This document shows, piece after piece, positions 52,655 to 59,820 of a stretch of DNA of 64,000 nucleotides. Below the pieces are notes generated by a model that was given only the letters and a program-made list of their open reading frames with translations, was not told the DNA's origin and did not search any database. Positions within the stretch are counted from its first letter, which is position 1. The number at the start of each line of letters is the position of its first letter. The translations under genes and the position numbers were made by a program. The stretch covers positions 73,395-137,394 of the forward strand of contig JBIOWE010000004.1 in NCBI GenBank assembly GCA_044868145.1, in the 5' to 3' direction. This stretch comes from Patescibacteria group bacterium (lineage in GTDB: Bacteria; Patescibacteriota; Patescibacteriia; UBA10025; JBIOWE01).

Positions 52655-54031
52655 TTAGGATTTCGCCTGCCCGCTTCGACGCATCTGCGTCTGCAGCGAG
52701 TCGGACGGGTGCTTCGGATTTAGTATTTCCCTAACGACCTTGCGGTCGTCCCAAGGAATCTTCTTTCCATGCGCCACAACCATTGATTGTTCTGCCCCTT
52801 TGCCCGTGATAAGAACCGTGTCCCCTTTTTTGGCAGCCATGAGCGCCTGTCGAATTGCCTCGCGTCGATCAAGAATCGCCCAACAATTTTCTCCGAGTTT
52901 TTTCCCCGCTTTCAGCGCACCTGCCGCCACGTCATCAATAATTGCTTGCGGAGCTTCATCATACGGATCCTCATTTGTGACAATGACCTCATCGGCGTAC
53001 GTTCCGCCTAATTGACCAAGCATAGGACGCTTTGCGCGATCGCGTCCGCCGCCCTGCGAACCGAGAACGACGATAAGTTTTCCTTTGGTGAGTGGCTTCA
53101 CTGTTTTGAGTACCTCTTCCAGGCCGGCTGGTTCATGGGCATAGTCAACGAAGATGCGAATTCCGATGTTGTTTTCGATGCGCTCAAGCCGTCCTGGGAT
53201 TCCGCGAATTTCCGCGAGTGCGTCTCGCATCGTTTCCATTGATAAGCCATGGCTCCGTCCAATCGTGATCGCGGCAAGAATGTTGTAAAGGTTAAACCGG
53301 CCCAGCAAGGCGATGGTAAATGGAACATTATTAAGCGTGAACGTTATTCCATCATCGTCGATATGCACAGATTGAGGTCGAAGCACCATTGCCATATTCC
53401 CGGACGTTGTTTCGCGCGCATCCACGCCAAAGCCATAATGTTCATCCGCAGGAAAATGGGAGAAGTATTTTGCCTCGCGATCATCAAGGTTCACGACGGA
53501 TCGTTTGGGCACGGGCTGGCCATGCAGCACTTTGTGGGGCGACTCCATGAGCCCGGCGAACAACTTGCCTTTTGCGTTTCGATACCGTTCATATCCCCCG
53601 TGGGCTTCAAGATGCTCGGGCGAGAGATTGGTAAAAACCGCCGTGTCGTAAGTAATACCAACATGGCGGAACTGCGCAATCCCTTCGGAGGACGTTTCAA
53701 TGCAAGCATACTCACAGCCCGCGGCTGCCATTTGTCGGAGCAAGCGTTGAAGCCGAGATCTGCCTTGCATGGTTTGTTTCGTGTCGTTGGCCCATTCGCG
53801 ATCCGCTACTTTAAAAAAGAACGTTCCGGTCGCACCAACGCGAAAACCCGCGTGTTCGAAAAGTTTTGCCGTAAGGTATGTTGTCGTTGACTTACCTTTT
53901 GTCCCGGTAATGCCAATAACGACCATCTGACGAGACGGAAAACCGTACAGCAATGCTCCTGAAACGGCGAGTGTGCGATGATAGGCGAGGAGCAATGGGC
54001 GTGGGATAATCAGTCGTAAAAATCGCTTCAT
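52655..54031 (-). CDS. Mur ligase family protein (MurE-like UDP-N-acetylmuramoyl-tripeptide synthetase)
   Basis: P-loop GITGTKGKSTT and a DYAHEP motif in the Mur ligase central domain. Confidence 0.7.
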   Translation of the reverse strand: MKRFLRLIIPRPLLLAYHRTLAVSGALLYGFPSRQMVVIGITGTKGKSTTTYLTAKLFEHAGFRVGATGTFFFKVADREWANDTKQTMQGRSRLQRLLRQMAAAGCEYACIETSSEGIAQFRHVGITYDTAVFTNLSPEHLEAHGGYERYRNAKGKLFAGLMESPHKVLHGQPVPKRSVVNLDDREAKYFSHFPADEHYGFGVDARETTSGNMAMVLRPQSVHIDDDGITFTLNNVPFTIALLGRFNLYNILAAITIGRSHGLSMETMRDALAEIRGIPGRLERIENNIGIRIFVDYAHEPAGLEEVLKTVKPLTKGKLIVVLGSQGGGRDRAKRPMLGQLGGTYADEVIVTNEDPYDEAPQAIIDDVAAGALKAGKKLGENCWAILDRREAIRQALMAAKKGDTVLITGKGAEQSMVVAHGKKIPWDDRKVVREILNPKHPSDSLQTQMRRSGQAKS

Positions 54032-54450
54032 ATCTTCTCGCTTCCCATAATTTCGACGTCAACGGAACGTTTGAAGCGCGGACCGTCGAGCTCGACGAAA
54101 AAAATATCTTGCCAGGTACCGCGCTTCAGCGACCCGCGCTCAATGCTAAACAACTTAGTTGTTCCAAGCACCGCATTAATGATATGCGCTCGGGCATTTG
54201 TATCAATCTTGTTGTGCTGATAATCTTGCTCGGGCGCGAGCTTGAGAACCTGACCGAGGATATCCTGCTTCAAGCCGTCCTCATCTTCATTGACAATTAG
54301 ACAGGCCGTGGTATGCGGAACACTGATCATGCACATCCCCTGGTCAATCGCGGATTCGCTGACAAGACGATCAATGTCGCCCGTGATGTTAATCAACTCG
54401 TGCGCGCGTTTCGTTTCAAACGTTATGTGATAGTTTTTTTGCGAAAACAT
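54028..54450 (-). CDS. YjbQ/UPF0047 family protein (secondary thiamine-phosphate synthase-like)
   Basis: 140 aa. The segment HTTACLIVNEDEDGL and the overall pattern match the YjbQ family. Overlaps the Mur ligase gene by 4 nt. Confidence 0.7.
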   Translation of the reverse strand: MFSQKNYHITFETKRAHELINITGDIDRLVSESAIDQGMCMISVPHTTACLIVNEDEDGLKQDILGQVLKLAPEQDYQHNKIDTNARAHIINAVLGTTKLFSIERGSLKRGTWQDIFFVELDGPRFKRSVDVEIMGSEKI

Positions 54451-54480
54451 AGTTTAATAATACACCGCGAATATATTTTA

Positions 54481-54557
54481 CACGAATGATCACGAATCAG
54501 TCATAAAAAAGGCGGAATGTATTAGTGTTATTCGTGTATGTAAAGATTAGTGGTGCT
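54481..54557. repeat. Degenerate copy of the ATTCGTG...TTAGTGGTG motif family upstream of yjbQ
   Basis: Contains cacgaatgatcacgaatc and gtgttattcgtgtatgtaaagattagtggtg, related to the groEL and metK copies. Confidence 0.4.
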
Positions 54558-54958
54558 TATTCCGCTTTGATAAGATTACCGCTCACGTCCAACTCAACGA
54601 AGTGGTGCGCCTGGCCGCTGCGAAATGCCGCGCACTGATTTTCCGGCATATCGTCCACTGCTTGACGGGGGTTGTGCGCGATGTCCGCAACCCAATCGGG
54701 TATTACACTGTCAGACAAACAAGGCCCGCTTGAAAGGTCCTCATCAACGATAATCCGGGCGCGTAACAGTTCCTGCGCTTTCGCAATCGCGGCAGTTCTG
54801 TCAGCAGCATTTTTCATGGCCAAGGACTGCCCGCCTGTCACAATATCAGCCGCTTGGTTAACGCTGTTCACGGTCTCTTTACCAACATCTGAGCGCAACA
54901 AAAAATATCCGCCAACTCCAAGCCCGGCAACTACTATGAGAATGATAATCCAACGCAT
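54557..54958 (-). CDS. Hypothetical protein with an N-terminal membrane anchor (133 aa)
   Basis: N-terminal transmembrane helix IIILIVVAGLGVGGYFLL. No recognised family. Confidence 0.4.
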   Translation of the reverse strand: MRWIIILIVVAGLGVGGYFLLRSDVGKETVNSVNQAADIVTGGQSLAMKNAADRTAAIAKAQELLRARIIVDEDLSSGPCLSDSVIPDWVADIAHNPRQAVDDMPENQCAAFRSGQAHHFVELDVSGNLIKAE

Positions 54959-55325
54959 AGAATCGTACCATCAATATACACCGCCCTTATGGCAAAATCA
55001 AAATAAAAAATGGCTAGCATGTCTGAGTACACACTAGCCATGGAGATTTGGGTATGAAAACTTCAAGCGTCAAAACGAGGCAAATAAAACGTGGAATTTA
55101 TGAAGTTGTCTATACCACAAACTACGCTCATTATACAGCAAAATTCGGCGTCTGTCAAATTATTTTTTATATAAAGGCCGCTTGCTTTATGAGCTCGCGG
55201 CCTTAGAGAGTCCAACGAGGTGCTTCACGAGTGAGTAGGTGTGAAGAACCTTATGGTGGTTTGGGAAAGAAGGGGCGATAATCCTTTTTCTTAGATAAAT
55301 AGCATAGCCAACCTTGCAGAAGATG

Positions 55326-56465
55326 TCAAGCGGAAAATTCGCGTATTCGATTTGTTTTTTCCCAGGTAAAATCTTTATCCGCACGGCCAAAGTGACCGTA
55401 GTTAGTCGTTTTACGGAAAATGGGGCGTAACAAATTTAATTGAAAAATCATACCGCCGGGCGTGAGATCGAACGTCCGCAAAACACGGCGCGTGATTTTA
55501 TCTTCCGTGATTTTTCCAGTTCCAAATGTGTTAATCCAAACAGAAAGCGGCTTGATGCCGGCAATAACGTAAGCAAGTTGCACTTCGACGCGGTCAGCGA
55601 GACCCGCTGCCACGATGTTCTTCGCGATCCATCGCGCCGTGTAGGAAGCTGCTTTGTCCACCTTGGTTGGATCTTTGCCCGAAAAAGCACCGCCGCCATG
55701 GCCGACAATACCACCGTATGTGTCCACGACAATCTTGCGGCCGGTCATACCAGTATCTGCAACCGGGCCGCCGATAACGAACCTACCTGTGTTGTTAATG
55801 TAAAACTTTGTGGCGCGGTCTACATACCTGCCGCACACTGGCTTAATGACATGCTCGATAATATCACGCCGGAGCTTTACTTCTGAAACGTCCGGGTCGT
55901 GTTGCGCGGCAATGACCACGCTATGAAACCGCTTTGGCTTGCCATTGTTATATTCGACGGTCACCTGCGTTTTGCCGTCCGGCCGCAAATAAGGCAGCAC
56001 TTTTCGCTTGCGTACATCTGTGAGGCGGCGCGCCAATTTGTGAGCATAGACAATCGGCGTTGGCATGTACTCCGGCGTCTCGTTTGTCGCGTAGCCCGTC
56101 ATCATCCCCTGGTCGCCGGCGCCGAACGACTGTTTCACCTTTTTGGAAACGCCTCGACTGATGTCTGCGGATTGTTCAACAACCGTGTTCAATACGGCAC
56201 ACGATTGCCAGTCAAATTGATACTCTGGTTTGTCGTAGCCGATGTCGCGGATGACCCCCCGCGCGACGCGGCCGAAGTCAACATACCCCTTGGTGGTTAT
56301 CTGACCGCTGATCAAGACAAGGCCCGTGTTCACGAGCACTTCACAAGCGACGCGGGAATATTTGTCTTGTCGCAGGCACTCATCAAGAATGGCGTCCGCA
56401 ATTTGATCCGCAACTTTGTCCGGATGGCCTTCAGTCACCGACTCAGAAGTAAAATATTTTTTCAT
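55326..56465 (-). CDS. metK: S-adenosylmethionine synthase
   Basis: Start placed at [18 protein letters not shown]. Motifs GHPDK and GGGAFSGKD. Confidence 0.95.
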   Translation of the reverse strand: MKKYFTSESVTEGHPDKVADQIADAILDECLRQDKYSRVACEVLVNTGLVLISGQITTKGYVDFGRVARGVIRDIGYDKPEYQFDWQSCAVLNTVVEQSADISRGVSKKVKQSFGAGDQGMMTGYATNETPEYMPTPIVYAHKLARRLTDVRKRKVLPYLRPDGKTQVTVEYNNGKPKRFHSVVIAAQHDPDVSEVKLRRDIIEHVIKPVCGRYVDRATKFYINNTGRFVIGGPVADTGMTGRKIVVDTYGGIVGHGGGAFSGKDPTKVDKAASYTARWIAKNIVAAGLADRVEVQLAYVIAGIKPLSVWINTFGTGKITEDKITRRVLRTFDLTPGGMIFQLNLLRPIFRKTTNYGHFGRADKDFTWEKTNRIREFSA

Positions 56466-56472
56466 ATATATG

Positions 56473-56572
56473 CCCACCACTAATTAATAACCACGAATGA
56501 ACACAAATAATTATACACTAACCTATACGATGTTGGAATTAGTGCAAATTAGTGAAATAGATTCGTGGTGGG
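56473..56572. repeat. metK upstream region carrying the 16-mer ATAGATTCGTGGTGGG (56557..56572, identical to the groEL spacer) and its split inverted partner CCCACCAC-TAATTAATAA-CCACGAAT (56473..56498) in the 5' UTR
   Basis: Exact identity and the inverted-repeat relationship read directly from the sequence. A TATAAT -10 box (minus strand, plus coordinates 56509..56514) lies between the two copies. Confidence 0.7.
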
Positions 56573-56699
56573 ATTACAAATAGACCTAGCGATTGCGCAA
56601 TGACGCAATCTTTTTCCCTGCTGTTTTGCGGTGCTTCTTGAGAGCAACTTTTTGCTTTTTGTTCATGGTTTTCTTGATAGACTTATTACTCATCAATGC

Positions 56700-56858
56700 C
56701 CTCGACAGGAATCGAATCCCGTACAAATTCGCTCCGCTCATTTTACGGGACATGCCTGAATCCCAGGCTTCGTCCCGCCACGTAGTACGTGGCTCCGCAA
56801 CAAACCTTTGCCCCTGCCGAGAGTCGAACTCGGATTTCCAGCTTCGCCCCGCCACCTA
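56700..56858 (-). other. Two tandem degenerate tRNA-like 3' fragments (T arm plus acceptor 3' strand, each ending GGGCA), each preceded by GTGGCGGGRCGAAGC
   Basis: On the minus strand, 56786..56858 reads GGTGGCGGGGCGAAGC...CCGAG-TTCGACT-CTCGG-CAGGGGCA and 56700..56785 reads CGTGGCGGGACGAAGCC...ACGGGATTCGATTCCTGT-CGAGGGCA. No matching 5' acceptor strands are present. Confidence 0.35.
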
Positions 56859-56930
56859 TGCCCTCGGCGGGAATTGAACCCACATCTCAAGCTTCGGAGG
56901 CTTGCGCTCTATCCGTTGAACTACGAGGGC
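56859..56930 (-). tRNA. tRNA-Arg (anticodon CCG)
   Basis: Acceptor GCCCUCG/CGAGGGC. D stem GUUC/GAGC. Anticodon stem CAAGC/GCUUG with loop CUCCGAA. T arm GUGGG-UUCAAUU-CCCGC. Discriminator A. The gene sits inside a perfect 21-bp inverted repeat (56840..56860 / 56924..56944). Confidence 0.75.
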
Positions 56931-56976
56931 ATAGGTGGCGGGGTCTCCGTTCGCTACGCTCACTCCGAGAGGCGTG

Positions 56977-57699
56977 CTAGCTTCCGTTATTTTTTAAAAA
57001 CTTGGATAGCCGTATAACGTCCGCCGGATTGCCGAAATCGAGCCAGTAGTCGTTGAGAATCTTCACTTTCACCTTGCCCTGCTCTGCAAGCGTAGTTACG
57101 GCATCGGTGAGATAGTACTCCCCGTTCGGCTGCCTTGGAACGTTCTGAATGACATCAAAGATCGCTGGCGTGAATTTGAATAGCGCGGTGTTGATGACCG
57201 TACTGCCCACGTCTTCCTTGGGCTTTTCGATAATCTTCTTCAATTTCATGTCGTTATCATACAGCAGAACGCCGTACTTTTCCGGATGTTCGTGCTTGAT
57301 GCCCGCGACATACGAATAGTCATCGTCAATGCGGAGCGAGGTAAGATCCTCGGGGGAATAGAGATTGTCGCCGGCGACCGCAATGAACGGTTCTTCGCCG
57401 ACTATTTTCTCTACCGCCCGAATGGGTATCGCTGTGCCATACAAATCTTCACCAAGAATCGCATATTGATTGACGATCGTCAGCGGGAACGGATGCTGCC
57501 CCGCGAAATCTTCAATGTATTCGTGCTTATGGCCGACGACAATAATAATTTCCTCGAACCCGGCCTTTCGCAAATTTTCAATTAAATAATATAAAAACGG
57601 CTTGCCATTCACGCGAATCATGTGCTTCGGCTTGTTCTTGGAAAGGTGCTTCATCCGAGTCCCTTTGCCCGCAGCCGAGATCACCGCTTTTTTTATCAT
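56977..57699 (-). CDS. Sugar-phosphate nucleotidyltransferase (glucose/mannose-1-phosphate NTase family)
   Basis: N-terminal GXGTRX motif (AAGKGTRMKHLSKNKPKHM) and a Rossmann-like fold. Length is 240 aa. Confidence 0.75.
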   Translation of the reverse strand: MIKKAVISAAGKGTRMKHLSKNKPKHMIRVNGKPFLYYLIENLRKAGFEEIIIVVGHKHEYIEDFAGQHPFPLTIVNQYAILGEDLYGTAIPIRAVEKIVGEEPFIAVAGDNLYSPEDLTSLRIDDDYSYVAGIKHEHPEKYGVLLYDNDMKLKKIIEKPKEDVGSTVINTALFKFTPAIFDVIQNVPRQPNGEYYLTDAVTTLAEQGKVKVKILNDYWLDFGNPADVIRLSKFLKNNGS

Positions 57700-58706
57700 A
57701 CGAATTTCCGTGCTAGCTGATACAGTGTATACCAGCGTTGCCGCAAAATCAAATCATAGGTGCCGATGTAATTGATGTCGCTGCCGCCGAAACCGCGCTT
57801 GAACCGCGTGATGCCGGCCCACGGATGATCAGGCCGCCCGGACAACGTAACTCCCCACAAATCATAATAGTTGTATTCGCGTTTCTTTGCTTCCAGAATC
57901 TGTGCCCACTGGTTCAGGTGCGGAGCCATGACGTTGCGGTGCAAACTCGATGAAGCGCCGTGCAAGTACGTAGTCGTATCGCCGAAAAACATCACGAGGT
58001 TTGCGACGAGGGGAATCCCTTCATATTCGGCGAGAAACAATGTGAGCATTCGGCGGGGGATGGTCTTCACCATGAGTCGATAATAGTCCGGCGGATGAGG
58101 GGAGAATCCGTCGCGACCGGTTGTTTCCCGGCTGAGTTTCAAAAACGTTTCAATGGCCTCGGGCACTTCGGCCGTGCGGACGCCGTGTTTCTCGGCGAGA
58201 CGTATATTGTAGCGGGTTTTTGGATGCATGGCGTCCAAAAGATCGTTTTCTGAAAGCGACAGGTCGAGAATAAGCGTATCCGCTGGTTGGATTGACTTTG
58301 TTTTGATAAACATATACCGATCCGCCACCGAGCGAAACACTTTTTCGGTAAAATCTTCAAACGGTGGGTCAAGACGGATAAACAGTGCGCCACGTTCCAT
58401 GCCGGTCCGTTCGATTTCGCGTATGAGCAGATGATACGCTTGCTGATATGTTGCGAGCGGCTGGCGCTGATCAACGATCGGCCCGCGCGGGCAATACAAA
58501 TATCGTCTGCCCAGGGGCAGCGGCTGCTCGATGAGAAGCGCGGTACCGAGAAATCCCGAACCGACGGCTACGCCAATCCGCCAAATGCGCTTGCCGAGCG
58601 CTTGTTGGAACGCACCCCATTCCCACGACTGCAAAAATTGGCTTCGCTGTTGCGAGCCAACGAACTGATTGAGTCTTGTATGATCAGTAATGGCAACTAC
58701 TTCCAT
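57696..58706 (-). CDS. FemAB-family peptidoglycan interpeptide-bridge aminoacyltransferase (FemX-like)
   Basis: 336 aa with two GNAT-like lobes. Conserved FemABX segments include FIRLDPP and TRYNIRLAEKHGV. Confidence 0.7.
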   Translation of the reverse strand: MEVVAITDHTRLNQFVGSQQRSQFLQSWEWGAFQQALGKRIWRIGVAVGSGFLGTALLIEQPLPLGRRYLYCPRGPIVDQRQPLATYQQAYHLLIREIERTGMERGALFIRLDPPFEDFTEKVFRSVADRYMFIKTKSIQPADTLILDLSLSENDLLDAMHPKTRYNIRLAEKHGVRTAEVPEAIETFLKLSRETTGRDGFSPHPPDYYRLMVKTIPRRMLTLFLAEYEGIPLVANLVMFFGDTTTYLHGASSSLHRNVMAPHLNQWAQILEAKKREYNYYDLWGVTLSGRPDHPWAGITRFKRGFGGSDINYIGTYDLILRQRWYTLYQLARKFV

Positions 58707-58712
58707 GGAATA

Positions 58713-59294
58713 TTATGTACGCCCAAGAAATTTAAGCGCTTCTTTCACTTTTTTGCTGACATCAGAGATATCGTCGGGAATTGCGTGCAGAGCTTTTTGC
58801 GCCTCCACTTTTGTATACCCAAGTCGAAGAAGCGCGTCAAGCGCTTTCTGGTCGATCGTTCGCTCTTTCGTAAATACTGCACCACCCTTTTTCGATACGA
58901 CTAATTTATCCTTCAGCTCCACAATAATACGCTCCGCAGTTTTCATACCAATCCCCGGCGCTTTCGTCAGATAGACAGCATCTTCCCGACTAATCGCCTG
59001 TTGCACGTTCTCTAGTGAACCTATGGAAAGCACGGCCATGGCCACGCGCGGGCCAACGTCGGATACTGTTAATAAAAGCTCGAACAAATCAAGCTCTTCA
59101 CGACTTGGCATGCCATACAACTCCATCTTGCCTTCGGGTGTATACAGATACGTATAGAGCGTCAGCTCTTTGCCCACAATTATACTCTCGAGCACCTTTG
59201 CGGGCACAAACACTTTATAGCCAACGCCTTGCACATTGAGCACAGCGTACTTCTCGGCTTTGGATTGAACTGTACCACTCAGGGAAGCAATCAT
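58713..59294 (-). CDS. ruvA: Holliday junction branch-migration protein RuvA
   Basis: Start placed at MIASLSGTV. OB domain, two helix-hairpin-helix motifs (GIGMKTAERI) and a C-terminal domain III. Confidence 0.85.
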   Translation of the reverse strand: MIASLSGTVQSKAEKYAVLNVQGVGYKVFVPAKVLESIIVGKELTLYTYLYTPEGKMELYGMPSREELDLFELLLTVSDVGPRVAMAVLSIGSLENVQQAISREDAVYLTKAPGIGMKTAERIIVELKDKLVVSKKGGAVFTKERTIDQKALDALLRLGYTKVEAQKALHAIPDDISDVSKKVKEALKFLGRT

Positions 59295-59427
59295 ATGGCT
59301 ATTATACCAGAGAATCAAAGAGGGTGTATGGAGATGCTGAAACGAGTTCAGCATGACTGAAAAAAACCTTACCGATAGTCACCCTGAACTTGTTTCAGGG
59401 TCTCCATGGAACCGCTTGCCCCATTGC

Positions 59428-59540
59428 TGTCATTTCGAGGACGCTGAACTTGTCGAAGCGGACGAGAAATCTCCTGGCCAAAGCCTCTTGGCTTGGAGAT
59501 TTCTCACCCCCTCGGATGCACTCTGGGGTTCGAAATGACA
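59428..59540. other. 113-nt nested inverted-repeat element: outer 11-bp stem, inner 11-bp stem, apical 5-bp hairpin
   Basis: Outer pair tgtcatttcga (59428..59438) with tcgaaatgaca (59530..59540). Inner pair gagaaatctcc (59464..59474) with ggagatttctc (59495..59505). Apical gccaa/ttggc. Confidence 0.5.
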
Positions 59541-59637
59541 ACTGTGGGGCAGGCGCCGTGACCTCCCCTTCGGACGAGTTTTTTATTAGACAAGGATAAT
59601 TAAAAGTGATACTTTTAAGTCACAAAAGGAGGAAAAA

Positions 59638-59784
59638 TTGAATCAGATCATTCATGGTTTTGAAGAAGCTTTGAAAGACTTTGTGGGCGCTTTTACCCCA
59701 CTCACGATTGCCAGCACCTTGATCCTTGCCCTTGCATTTACTTTTATCATATGGATTCTCGTCAAGAAAGGGATCATAAAATAA
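59638..59784 (+). CDS. Unannotated small membrane protein (48 aa, TTG start)
   Basis: Ribosome-binding site AAAGGAGG 5 nt before the TTG. A single hydrophobic helix LTIASTLILALAFTFIIWILV. Followed directly by a terminator. Flanked by 24-nt direct repeats. Confidence 0.35.
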   Translation: MNQIIHGFEEALKDFVGAFTPLTIASTLILALAFTFIIWILVKKGIIK

Positions 59785-59808
59785 AACTCGTCTTCGGACG
59801 AGTTTTTT
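59784..59808 (+). terminator. Rho-independent terminator: stem actcgtc/gacgagt, loop ttcg, then T6
   Basis: Perfect 7-bp stem followed by TTTTTT, only 12 nt before the uvrB ATG. Confidence 0.65.
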
Positions 59809-59820
59809 GTTAGACTACAA

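Noticed and set aside
53249-53890. 213-aa plus-strand ORF
   Set aside because: Antisense to the Mur ligase gene. Spurious.
56466-56600. Possible SAM riboswitch upstream of metK
   Set aside because: No SAM-I, SAM-II or SAM-V consensus blocks can be recognised by eye. The leader is instead explained by the recurrent ATTCGTGGTGGG motif pair.
56586-56855. 89-aa minus-strand ORF and the 63 to 69 aa plus-strand ORFs 56789..57017
   Set aside because: They are translations across tRNA-Arg and the tRNA-like fragments, with typical RELNP and GIEPT artefacts. Only the last 35 codons (MSNKSIKKTMNKKQKVALKKHRKTAGKKIASLRNR) are outside RNA features. That part lacks a ribosome-binding site and overlaps a hairpin, so it is not called, although a tiny basic protein cannot be excluded.
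58431-58904. 157-aa plus-strand ORF spanning the femX/ruvA junction
   Set aside because: Antisense to two well-supported genes. Spurious.
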